A stretch of 64,000 nucleotides of DNA. Origin: Lophium mytilinum (taxonomy: Eukaryota). Location of the stretch: positions 839,032 through 903,031 of the forward strand of contig MU004182.1 in NCBI GenBank assembly GCA_010093605.1, in the 5' to 3' direction. Both the position numbers and the translations under genes were made by a program. The notes under the pieces are model-generated. The model was not told the DNA's origin. It ran no database searches and worked only from the letters and a program-made list of their open reading frames with translations. Of the stretch, positions 14,531 to 25,137 are shown one piece after another (positions within the stretch are counted from its first letter, which is position 1; each line of letters opens with the position of its first letter).

Positions 14531-16079
14531 ATGGTTGTGGACCCGCCCTTAGAGGCGGCAGCTACCGCCAGCTTCCGGCTCCTTGACCTGCCCAAAGAGA
14601 TACGAGACCTCATATACGAGAAGATGTTGGTCCGGGAGAAGATTGGCATCGAGACTGTCGCTATAATTGGTGATGATGACGAAACATCTCCCGGGATAGT
14701 CGCGAAAGCACACCACTCGAGAAGCGTATGGTCATCTCCGGATTACTACGGCGATGAACCAAAAATCATGAGCTTTAGTCTAGGAGCTATATCCAGAGAC
14801 AATATATATGCTTACGACACCTATCAACTGATTAGAGGCGACAGCGCTTCGAAACACGGCCGGGAAAGACCGTATCTCCATTTGTACTTTGCGAACAAAC
14901 AGATACACCCGTATCTCCATGTGTTTTTTGCGAACAAACAGATCTACGGAGAAGCACAGCTCACATTTTACTCAAAGAATACATTCGCTTTCACCAGCGT
15001 TGTTGCATGCGCGGCATTCCTTCACGATCGATCTCTAGAAACACTCCGCACGATCCGCAGCATCAAATTGGGCGTGGAAGAATATATATTCCCAATGGCG
15101 GGTGACGAATCGGACGCACTTTTCAGGCTTCAAGTTCACCAGATGCCTCTTAGCGACATTATCAACCAGCAGATGGCACTCCGTGACCTGGCGTTTCACA
15201 TCCGAGCGACGGTAAGATTTGAGTATGCCGGCGAGGACGATGAGACATGGGATTGGGCCATTCGTGAAAGGGTCGATTACAGCACCGAAAAGCTTTTCTG
15301 GATCCCGGAATGGGTGCTGGAATTTTCAAAAATCAAGAATCTTGACTCTCTTGAGGTTGTTTGGGAATCAGATACGCCCCGCCTTGTTGGACGGTCAGTC
15401 AGGGCCGTTCGACAGATGAGGTCAGCTATGGTCAAGAATGGTGGAAGTCGTATATACCTCAGGAATGAAGGCATCAGGGTTCTCATGAGGCGTCGGTACG
15501 TAAGCCCCCGATACAGATGAAAAGTTTCCTAGCAATCTGTGTGTTTGGATAACTACTCAGGGAGTATTCCGAGACAACCATAGTGGTGTCTTGGAATCTC
15601 CTGAAGAAGTCTCTCACGCAACAGTTGTTACAAGAAACCAATATCGGTTTCCTCTCTCTCGTTCTAAAAGATTTGCTAACCTTATTGCCACCTTAAGTCA
15701 TCAGGGGTTTCGCATTGACCACCGCCCCAGTGACCGCTTCATGACGGTTCACATGCAAGCCGATCAACATGGCAGAAGCAACGTTCGGCAGCGCGAAGAC
15801 GCTCTCTGGGACCCCGAGTTGGAGTGCTGTCATTGCAATCGGGATGAGGAGACCGACCCATGTGCTTGCCAGAAGGAGCTAGGAGCTGGGAAGGCAGTTG
15901 GGGCAACGGAGCAGACTCATGGAACTTCATCGGATGTGTCTGCTAGTATTCAAGACACTACAGAACACGGAGAAGGCAACGGTGAAGATGAGAACGGCAA
16001 CGAAGGCGACGAGCAAGACAACAACGGCATTGGCGAAGATCCTGATGGCTTGAGCGTCCATGGTTGGGAGGGACGATGA
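14531..16079 (+). CDS. Fungal F-box-like (FRLLDLPKEIRDLIY) hypothetical protein with acidic tail; probably 2-3 exons
   Basis: A 329-aa ORF with the F-box-like motif and the ANKQIYGEA..FYSKNTFAF block. Donor-like sites near 15496-15500 and a downstream ORF ending at 16079. Confidence 0.7.
14870..14947 (+). repeat. 39-nt in-frame tandem duplication (PYLHLYFANKQIH / PYLHVFFANKQIY)
   Basis: ccgtatctccat...tttgcgaacaaacagat occurs twice in tandem with a few substitutions. Confidence 0.9.
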
Positions 16080-16122
16080 AGCGAAGGAGACTTGACAACC
16101 GAAAATGAAGAACAACACTTCT

Positions 16123-16420
16123 CTAAACTACACTACTCGGATCCAAAGCGGGCTCATGCGCTTTCCGATTGATCGTATGCAGAATGTCCTCGTGCTCGTC
16201 CGTCTCGTTCAACTGCATCTCGCGCTCATGCTTCCGCTTAACCCTCGACAGCACCAGATCATTATACGCCACGAACAGCAGCCCCATAATGAGCGTGCAA
16301 GACCCGGTAACACAGACAGTGACTTTAGCCGTGATGCTCCACTGCCGATTCTGCGCTGTGTACACACTCACGAGCGTGTTGACGAGGCCGGCGAGGCTGT
16401 TGAGGCAGCCGGGTCTGGCT
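16123..16420 (-). CDS. Terminal exon of a fungal hypothetical membrane protein (upstream exons not resolved)
   Basis: PGCLNSLAGLVNTLVSVYTAQ..WSITAKVT with two hydrophobic segments, preceded by a GCTAAC branch site and a CAG acceptor near 16417-16438. Confidence 0.55.
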
Positions 16421-17396
16421 GACATAATTACGTTAGCTATGTTGCACAGTTGAATTGGGACAGGAGATGTATCCAGCCAGTGACGTTGTGCCCAGATAAA
16501 AAGCCGATAAGAACCCATGGTGGGTGGACTGCTTCGAGCGTGATGAGGAGTGTGAACCCAGCCCGCCTGCATATGCAGCTAGCCACACCACGCACACTGG
16601 ATACGAGGCGCCATGCCGCAGCCGTCGTAGCGCGAACTGTGCTAGGATCGTCCCGGACGGGCCGTCCTTCAGAGCGGCCAGCGCACGAACACGTTGCATG
16701 CATGGCCGTCTGCCAGGTACGACACGTCAAAGGGCAGAAAGGGGTATAAACCTCGCTCAGAACGCCCTTAAAGCCCGCTGGCGCCCGCGCAAAGCATCCA
16801 GCACTCCTCACCTCCAGGCCTCGACGAGCAGAGGAGCGCCATGATGCCGTGTGCTCCCGTCGGGCCTCGATCAGCTGGAGCCAGACGGGTCACATGGCCG
16901 TGTAAGCCACGCTCTCCCAGACTTACCAATCCAGGCCGTTCCCACCCTCCTCGTCGCAGCGCGCAGCCCCATTGGCGGGTGTGGCCGGCGCACAAGGTAC
17001 AGAGTATGAGTCTTTTCTTGATCCGGCGGCGTCATGCATTTCTTCTTCGTTTTCCTGCTGTCGGCCCAGTCGCCGCAGACCCGCTGCCTGCCCGGCTGTT
17101 GGCGATGCCATGACGCCGGGGCCCAGCGCGCGTCCAAGGTCCCCGACCAGCCCTACACCTTTCCTTATCTATCGATAAGTAGCCAGATGCCCTGAAACCC
17201 GACTCATTCATCGCCCACCGTCATTGGCTCCCCATCCACGCCCATAAGAAGGGGCGCAGCTCTCTCCATTTGGGGCCGATGATCGCGGGCGTCCAATGTT
17301 GGCTGTCGTCGACTGCAAAACCGGCACCTTATCCCTTCGTTTGCTTCAGAGCCAGAAAACACCAGCCGGAGACCCCACCAGTTTGCGCGCATCGCC

Positions 17397-18356
17397 ATGT
17401 GCTGGTGTTGGCCCTTCTCCGGCAAACCCCCTCCCCCAAAGAAGAAGAAGAGCAGGCCCAGGAGCAGCGAGTCGAGAAGCGAGAAGCATGCATATGACAG
17501 CCTCGACGCTGAGCCCGTCGTGGTCGCATATCCGGCGCAAGAACCACTCATACCGAAAGAACCACGCCGCGCGCGAGAAACTCGAACCCGCGAACCAAGA
17601 ACCCCACGAGAGGCGAGACCTCCGCAAGAAACTCGGAGAGCGCGCGAACCTAAATCGTCCCGTTCATCCCCCAAGTCGCCAGAGAAGCGGTCGCTAGAGA
17701 AGCGGGCAGTCCGAGAGACTCCGCGCCCTCGCGATGCGCGCAGGCCCACAGTCCAACTCCAAGTGCCAGACCGCTGGCACCGACCCGTAGAGCCAGCAGA
17801 CAGCCCCAGCTCGTCCACAGAAATGCTGCTAAACCCGCGCCCCGACCGCTCGCGCCAGCACAGGCAGCGGCACAGCCGGTCGTCCACCAACACGCTCAGG
17901 GGACGCGGCGCAAAGCGCGATCCACCCAGCAGCTCCAAGTCCAAGAAGTCGTCGAAGCCAGAGACCAAGAAATCGCAATGGACACGCATCCCGTCGCCGC
18001 CCAAGTCGACGTCGAGACGCGATGCGCCGGCGCAGTCGCAACAGCGGTCGCCGCGCCAACACCACTCGTCACGCTCGTCGCGCTCGAGGACGCCGAATAC
18101 CACGGCTAGACGCGTGCCGGACCGTCGTTTTGCGGTGCTTGCGGCTACGAATGAGGCGCTGGAGGATATCAGGCGCGAAGCGTTCACGTATCCGTCCCCT
18201 CCCCCGCGCACCCAGCGGGTCCAACGGTACCAAGGAGTGGCTATCGAGACTGCTGCTATCCCTTTTCACTGGGATTGCATATCCAACTCTTATCAACCGA
18301 CGGTTTCGGAAACATCTCGGTCAACGGGGACTCGACATCGAAGGTCGAGGCGGTGA
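17397..18356 (+). CDS. Hypothetical Arg/Ser/Pro-rich basic disordered protein with N-terminal MCWCWPF
   Basis: 319-aa intronless ORF with a good start context (gccATG). The Cys-rich N-terminus followed by a poly-Lys patch suggests membrane anchoring (inference). Confidence 0.65.
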   Translation: MCWCWPFSGKPPPPKKKKSRPRSSESRSEKHAYDSLDAEPVVVAYPAQEPLIPKEPRRARETRTREPRTPREARPPQETRRAREPKSSRSSPKSPEKRSLEKRAVRETPRPRDARRPTVQLQVPDRWHRPVEPADSPSSSTEMLLNPRPDRSRQHRQRHSRSSTNTLRGRGAKRDPPSSSKSKKSSKPETKKSQWTRIPSPPKSTSRRDAPAQSQQRSPRQHHSSRSSRSRTPNTTARRVPDRRFAVLAATNEALEDIRREAFTYPSPPPRTQRVQRYQGVAIETAAIPFHWDCISNSYQPTVSETSRSTGTRHRRSRR

Positions 18357-19093
18357 ACGGCGTTACGTCACGTGCTGAGCGCGTGACCATCCACGTACTA
18401 TAGTGGATGAAGTCTGGCGCCAGCGTTGTTATTTGACCAAGCATGGCTCAAAAGGCATGCTCCCCTCAGCTGCCTTGACGCAACCTCTATTCTACAATCT
18501 CGACGACGCTATTGGCAGAAGAAGTGAGCGCAGAGGGGGACGCAGAGAGATGGAACTGTTACCACCATTCACCACAATTAGGACTGATTCAGCATATACG
18601 CAAGACGTAGGGAGCATATTGGCAGCATATAGGGCGTTTTCGGCATTGTTTTTAACGGATAGGCTGGACCCGGCGTTCACATAACATGTAATTCTTGCAC
18701 CAAATACCCCACGTAGCATTGAATTGATATTTTGGAACATTCATGGCTCTGCGAAGAAGATGAGGATTGTACTGACGAATTGTCTAGTCTGTTAGATGTA
18801 TGCTCGTGGACCATTTTTGCCTATGTTGGGGCCATGAAGGCACCCCCTGCGCCGCTTATACGTCCTAAACATGCCTCGCTGGGGATATGTTAATTTCCAT
18901 ATCCCATTCCAAAGCCAAAGGCTATAGAATGGAGAGTTGTTCAGAGGCTGTGAGCTACTGGTTTCGTGCGCTTCATTAATAGAGTTGAGATTTCCATTCC
19001 ATGCTGGTGACTAGGTATATATAACGCCCAAGACCCCCAGTCCCCCAAAAACGCCGACGCTATGCAGCACAAAAAGACCCTTCGTGACTTTCT

Positions 19094-20206
19094 TTAGTCA
19101 ATGTTCTCTCCGTACACTTCATTGCCACTGCTCATCGTTCTTCTGGCGACAAGATTTTGCACCAAGCGTGCCACTGGCGGCCCGATCGCTGCCCCCCTAC
19201 CTCCCGGAGAACTGCTCCCCAAGGAACTTCTCCCAGACGACAACCACTCCCCTCCAAAACTCGATCTCGGCGAGCTCAACGGCGAGCTCAAAGGCGAGAC
19301 GAACCCAATAGAGCTCCTAGGCGACCCAGACCCCCACCGCTCCCTCCTCGGCGAGCTCCCCGGCGACTCGCCGCCACTACTCCCCAAACTCCTCCGATGC
19401 CTCCCCATCCTCTCCGCCGGATCCGCCACCGCCGCCGTCAGAAACGGCCGCTCCCGCCTCATCAAGTCATATCCAGACGTCGAGTCCGCAGCCAGCGCCT
19501 CCTCCACCTCCACCTCAGTCGCGGAAAGCGCGTCGGTCCTCCGCGGCCAGCACCCCAGAAACTCAACCCTCAGCGCGCGCCGCTCCCTCTCTCCCCCGTC
19601 TTTGTTTAAGGTGAGCAGGTAGATGCCTCGCTCGCGCGGCGACCGCTCGCCCGCCGCCGCCGGCTCCCCTGTCCACTTCCGCTGCAGCTCGAAGCGCGCG
19701 CTCGGCAGGATGTCGCGCAGGCACGAGAGGATGTGGGGGAGTTTGTTTTCGAGGATGAAGCGGAAATCGGTGGTAGTGGTGGCGCCGACGCCGCGTCGCT
19801 CGAAGAGGACTACGATTTCTTCCAGCGCGGGGAGGGTGTCGGCGAGTTGGGAGATGTTCTCGAGGAAGAGGGAGAGGGCGCGCGGGTAGACGAGGGAGGG
19901 GATGCGGTGGGCGGCGATTGTGAGGCTGGAGATGCTGCGGAGGAGGATTGGAGGCGGAGAGGAGGCTTTGAGGGCGGAGAGGAGGGCGCGCGCGCGGTGA
20001 AAGGTTGTGAGGAAGGACGTGGTGTTGTAGGCGAGGAGGGCGGCTTCCTGGTGGATTTGGCTGCAGGTCTGGAGGAGGGAGAGGGCGTGGGTTGGGAAGG
20101 TGACGCGTGGGTCGGAGATGGACGCGGTGAGGTGGTGGCGGGAGGTGAAGACGTGGTGGTAGATTTGATTGCGGAGCTCGGCGGGGAGGGTGAGGAGGGT
20201 TTTCAT
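19094..20206 (-). CDS. Fungal F-box-like (LLTLPAELRNQIY) hypothetical protein with Ser-rich tail
   Basis: 370-aa ORF carrying LPAELRNQIY and the LLQTCSQIHQEA block typical of this fungal family. A short upstream exon is possible. Confidence 0.75.
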   Translation of the reverse strand: MKTLLTLPAELRNQIYHHVFTSRHHLTASISDPRVTFPTHALSLLQTCSQIHQEAALLAYNTTSFLTTFHRARALLSALKASSPPPILLRSISSLTIAAHRIPSLVYPRALSLFLENISQLADTLPALEEIVVLFERRGVGATTTTDFRFILENKLPHILSCLRDILPSARFELQRKWTGEPAAAGERSPRERGIYLLTLNKDGGERERRALRVEFLGCWPRRTDALSATEVEVEEALAADSTSGYDLMRRERPFLTAAVADPAERMGRHRRSLGSSGGESPGSSPRRERWGSGSPRSSIGFVSPLSSPLSSPRSSFGGEWLSSGRSSLGSSSPGGRGAAIGPPVARLVQNLVARRTMSSGNEVYGENID

Positions 20207-20521
20207 GCTGATGAAGGGTGATGGATTAGGTGTGTCCAGTGGTACTGGGATGAGAGTGAGTGGTAGTTAGCTGGTTAGCATTGGGAGGAAACGGCATTAT
20301 ATATTGTAGCCTCGGCGGTCTGGACGAGGCTGAGGAGCTAGGGCGGTGTGCATGGGTTGCGCGCTGGCGTCCGGAAATGTGAATTGGCATTAGAGCCCGA
20401 AACGGCTTAGGTCCTCCATCGGAAGTTCCAAGCACCGCCAAAGCTTACGTTTACGTATCTTCTTGAGCTGTCGAGCACCCGAAAAGCTTCCAAAATACTA
20501 GTAAACCCCAGTGCTGCCACA

Positions 20522-21499
20522 ATGCGTTTCTTTCGTTCCATTCTGCCCTCTCTTCTGGTGTCCGGCGCCTGTGTTGTCTCCGCAGCCTCGTCCTGGGGAT
20601 TTGAAGATGCCACCTTGACGGTCCAGAGCAAAGGTGCAGGTGTTGGAGGGGGTCTGAAGGAGAAGTATGCTCAACCCATTACCCTCAATATGACCTAGAG
20701 ATTAATCAAAATTCTTTCTCTAGGCTATCCATCAATTCGCCATTGTCAAAGCAGGTCACCTTAGGGGCGACCGATACACTCAAGATATTCCTTACGACAA
20801 CAGATGGGAAAAAGGCAAAGCGCCCACATCAGGCATTCCTCACTGTCACTGAGCAGGCTTCGGGTCTGGAAGAATCCTTCATCTTCAGCGTCAAGGACAG
20901 TGGCAAAGGAAAAGTAGAATTGGTACGATCGGTAGACCCAATGTGTAGTTCGTTCAACTGACAAAAGACAGACACATAAGGATATCCCCACACCGCTCCT
21001 CCTAGCCTCCGAGCCTCTCACAGCATCCCTCGTCATTGCCTCTTTTGGCTCATCGACTCCCTACAGAAGCAAAGCCTTCGAAATCACAATCGAGCGCGAT
21101 CAAAACGCCCCAATTGCCGCTGGCGAGAAGCCTGTTCGATACGGCAAGCTTGAGGAAATCCACCATATCTTCCGCTCCGACCCCAAGTCGCCTCCAAAGA
21201 TCATCACTTTGGTGTTCACAGCTGCGGTTCTCGGGGCTCTCCCGGTTTTGTTCGGCGTTTGGCTCACCCTCGGTGCCAACGTCAACCACATCTCCAAGGC
21301 CCTTGGCAGCGCTCCTGTATCGCATGCCCTCTTCTTTGGGTCCATTGTTGCGCTGGAGGGCATCTTCTTCCTATACTATACTAGCTGGAATCTGTTCCAG
21401 ACGTTGCCCGCCGCGGCAGCTGTGGGATCAGTGGCATTCTTGAGCGGCAGCAGAGCGCTGTCTGAGGTCCAGGAACGGCGTTTAGCTGGACTAAGGTAG
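20522..21499 (+). CDS. SWP1: Oligosaccharyltransferase subunit Swp1 / ribophorin II
   Basis: Signal peptide, KRPHQAFL, RYGKLEEIHHIFRSDPKSPP, three TM segments and GSRALSEVQ. Exons 20522-20664, 20724-20922 and 20972-21499. Confidence 0.95.
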
Positions 21500-22017
21500 A
21501 CTGTATCATGGAGCAGTAGTACGATGAAAACGTGTTTCGGGGATGAACTGGAGTCTGGCTTCAAGGCTGTATTATGCACCAAAAGTATCGTGTAAGATGA
21601 AGGCCGGGTTTCTCATGGGTCTTATGCGTGGTATCTTCAGGGGCACCTAGATAGATGGATAAGTGCCCAGTGTTTAGAGATTGCGGCACATATCTTCAAA
21701 AATCAAGACTAAATGTGAAACATGGGGGCCGAATTATATGCCAAGACGTGTGCAACTCCACGCGGGGCTGAGTCTTGACAACTCCACGTCAGGTCAGAGT
21801 GGTAACCCAACCTTCTCAAGTGGCCCTGCAAGTTCTCTATACATTACTACTAGCATTCTCTTCGCTATTTGAATTTCCTTTATGTCACAACATTGACCGC
21901 TTTTGTAGGCAGTAAGAGGAGCCTAAACGGCCTGTCCAGTCCACGGCCGTTGCCTTCATGGGAGATACACTGGCCTAGTACATCGGATTACTGTATCTTG
22001 TTCACCGTTCTTCCAAT

Positions 22018-23799
22018 ATGGAGGCCCAAGTATCTCGATTGACACGGCCTCCGCCATCACCTTCAAGAAGCACTGCCAACGGACTCCCACGTCTCCAGAT
22101 ACAAGATTTCTCCTCGCCGGATAAGCCAGACAACTACAGGATCTCACCCATGACACTTGTCTCCGGAGAGACTATTCACTTCTCGACCATCTGGGATGAC
22201 TGGTCTGGACGCGGAAGTCACGTTGACTTTGGCCCTAACGAAAAGGTTCCCTTGGAGCAAGGCCGCTTCTTAGGCCACGGAGTTATGGGAGGTGTTTACG
22301 AGACTCACTGTAAAGGTGTTGCGGTAGCTTGGAAGAGGAGGTACTGCCGTAAGAAGATTACCGATGCAGAGATGAGGGAGATCAGCATCTTGAAGAAGCT
22401 CAGCCACCATCATATCATTCAGTTAGTCGGGACATACACCCAGCCATCAACTCGAGGCCAGTTTCTGGGTTTGCTATTGTGGCCCGTTGCGATTTGTGAC
22501 CTAGCGACGTTCTTCGAAGACATGGAAGAAGCGGATCTCGACTATCAGGCCATTGGAGAGGATCGAAGCAATCGCTTCAGAGCTCTTGGTCTCCCGGATA
22601 CCTATAAAGAATTTCAGCCTTGGGGCGATAAATATCTGATCTCAAAATTCGGGTGCTTATGCAAGGCCATTGAGTATCTTCACAGCCAAAAGATTCGCCA
22701 CAAGGACCTTAAACCATCAAATGTTCTGCTTGGTCGGGACAACTTATGGCTCACCGATTTTGGAAGCTCCACGGATTTCTCTATGCTCTCTATGAGTGCA
22801 ACTGAAAATGGAGAGCGCGGGACTCCCAAGTACTTCGCGCCCGAAGTAGCTGCGTATGAACCAAACGGGCGTGCCGCGGATATATTTTCCTTAGGTTGCA
22901 TATTCTTGGAGATGCTTGAGCTGTTGAGGATTGGAACTTTGCATGCTTTGAAAGATCTACGAACTGACCAGGATGGATCATTCCAAGCAAATCTACACCG
23001 GGCCCAGGAATGGTTCATTCTGGCTGGCGATACTACTACCATGAACCACAAGCGCTTGCTGTGCGAGGTCCAGCTCATGCTGGCCCGAGACCCAGCCATG
23101 CGGCCTACCGCAGCGGACTTGGCTAGACGGCTCGATTACATGAATCAATTCGATTATGATGCCGAAGCAGGCATATTCAACTTGTTCGGCGAATGCTGCG
23201 GGACCTCCTATATCACAGAAGAAAAACACAGAAAAATAACTACCCCTCTTCAAGATCAAGTCGCCTCATTGCGAATTGAGCAACGTTCGACGCAGGTCAA
23301 ACTCGAAGCTGCTCTCAAAGAGATAGAACACCTCAAGTCGAAAGTGTCTACTCCCTCACCTAGCAACATTTCATATTCCAATCGTCTCAAGTCGGAAATA
23401 AAGAGCCCCGGGCGTGAAATCACCATTCCTACAACGGTAGGGCATTGCTGTCAATGTTCCAATGGCCCGTTCAACATCATTAAGATTGACAATGGTGACT
23501 GTCCATTCTGCGCGCATTCCCTGTGTCCTGAATGTCCTCGCCAGTTTCTCAGTTTATCCCTGAACCCAAAAATGGGAGAGGGCGATGCCATTATCTCACC
23601 AAACACAGATGGCACTTCAGTGACCAATTACAGCAGAAATGAGGTTCCCGACGGATTTTGTCTTGATCCTTATACGAAGGACGAAATGGAATACGAAAAT
23701 CTAGAAAACCGACGGCGGATGGAAAAAGACCGACAGTGGCGCTTGGAGCGAGCAGACCATGGGAGGTTGTCTCTTATTCGGGATGTGATGGGCATGTAG
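22018..23799 (+). CDS. Fungal Ser/Thr protein kinase with C-terminal coiled coil and Cys-rich motif
   Basis: Motifs LGHGVMGGV, VAWK, HKDLKPSN, DFG, GTPKYFAPE and DIFSLG. 593-aa intronless ORF. Confidence 0.9.
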   Translation: MEAQVSRLTRPPPSPSRSTANGLPRLQIQDFSSPDKPDNYRISPMTLVSGETIHFSTIWDDWSGRGSHVDFGPNEKVPLEQGRFLGHGVMGGVYETHCKGVAVAWKRRYCRKKITDAEMREISILKKLSHHHIIQLVGTYTQPSTRGQFLGLLLWPVAICDLATFFEDMEEADLDYQAIGEDRSNRFRALGLPDTYKEFQPWGDKYLISKFGCLCKAIEYLHSQKIRHKDLKPSNVLLGRDNLWLTDFGSSTDFSMLSMSATENGERGTPKYFAPEVAAYEPNGRAADIFSLGCIFLEMLELLRIGTLHALKDLRTDQDGSFQANLHRAQEWFILAGDTTTMNHKRLLCEVQLMLARDPAMRPTAADLARRLDYMNQFDYDAEAGIFNLFGECCGTSYITEEKHRKITTPLQDQVASLRIEQRSTQVKLEAALKEIEHLKSKVSTPSPSNISYSNRLKSEIKSPGREITIPTTVGHCCQCSNGPFNIIKIDNGDCPFCAHSLCPECPRQFLSLSLNPKMGEGDAIISPNTDGTSVTNYSRNEVPDGFCLDPYTKDEMEYENLENRRRMEKDRQWRLERADHGRLSLIRDVMGM

Positions 23800-25137
23800 A
23801 TGGTTTGGGAGGAGTGTAACGTGTCGTACGTTAGAACGTCTATAACTCAAGTGCGCATCTCGTACTTTTCCAACCTTCCACGAAAGAGACTCTGTCTGCG
23901 TCTCTTCCAACCCGAATCCAGCAATTACATAGCTTTAGCTTCAAACCGTATTTCCGCATTCCGTCCGTAATGGCAATTTCGCGGCAGCCTATCACCATCC
24001 ATAGGAGTTGAATATCCGGCACTTCATAATGGTTACGTACCTTTTGCTATTACGGTCAAGCATCCGTCTCAGCTTTCATGATAAATGGAACCGTACCTTC
24101 TACCGCCTGGAAATCGAATTCTGGAGGTGTAGTAAGTCCATTTCTGATAGCTTACTGTTTGAATATCGCTATCGAGTGTGGGGTGTTCAGGCTAGCGTCA
24201 CAAAGGCGTTTGTGATGGTTTCCAGACATGATTTCAATTGTCGGATGGCCCGGCCTCTTCTAGTGAGAGCTATTGTCGCGTTGTAATTTAGGCCCAACTC
24301 GACTTGCTGTGTATCGGGTTGAGATCGCCGGAGGCATTCCGAGGACATTCTATAAGAGATCTCGTTCAATGGTGGAGCGTGAGGCGCTACGAGGAGATAC
24401 GCTGGGCTTAGGTGCACTGGTCTACCACTGCTTGGAGTGCTCTGAAAAGGTTTCACAAAGTCCAAAGCTAAGAGGTTCTATCTCTTTCACCATTCTAAAA
24501 ATGTATCAAAGCACAACAAGCAGCGGCAGACCGGTGTATATAAGCCGTAATGCCTGCTAAGTGTGCCACCTTTTCTATGACCAGCGTGGGAGAGTTCGTC
24601 TCGAATGAACTTCTGGGGTGGGGCCACGATTTGGCGGACTGGTGTTGGTGGCATAAACACGATAGGCATAGTGATGAAAAGAAGGATGATTGCAAGGAAG
24701 AGAGGGGGCGATTGCGGAGGAAGGAGGGGGGAGAAGACGCTGTTGGGTTGCGATCTCATTCAGATAGAAGATTTTCGGGTTACAAGCATACACATTCAAG
24801 GCCTGCCTCTGGTTAAGAATGACGGCTTTTGCATCCAGAATTAGCCTCCATAGCGCTCAGAATATTTGCGCGCATCTCCTATCTCTCTTCCCATGCTTCC
24901 ACAAACGAGACCCTGCACGCGTCTCACCCAGCTCGAGACCAGCGAGGGCGAAGCTGTAGCCTCGCAGATAGGCTAAGTCGCAATAGCAAGACCGTGAAAG
25001 AAACGAAGACGACCCAACTACAAAACTTTAGTCCCGCTAAACGCCATGCTGTCGAAGCCGGCCCCTTCGATATCAAAATCTGTCCAAATATTGGAAAAGG
25101 CACGATATAAATCCTGTATCTCAACTGCGGCAACCAC

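Noticed and set aside
17204..18211. Long antisense ORFs (also 41714-42808, 2558-3163, 10538-11239, 25535-26041)
   Set aside because: Shadows of real genes or of the QQQP repeat in GC-rich coding DNA, with no recognisable domains.
24209..24222. snR30/U17 m2-like motif AAACCAT followed by ACA on the minus strand
   Set aside because: The spacing to ACA is wrong and the m1 motif ATATTCCTA was not found.
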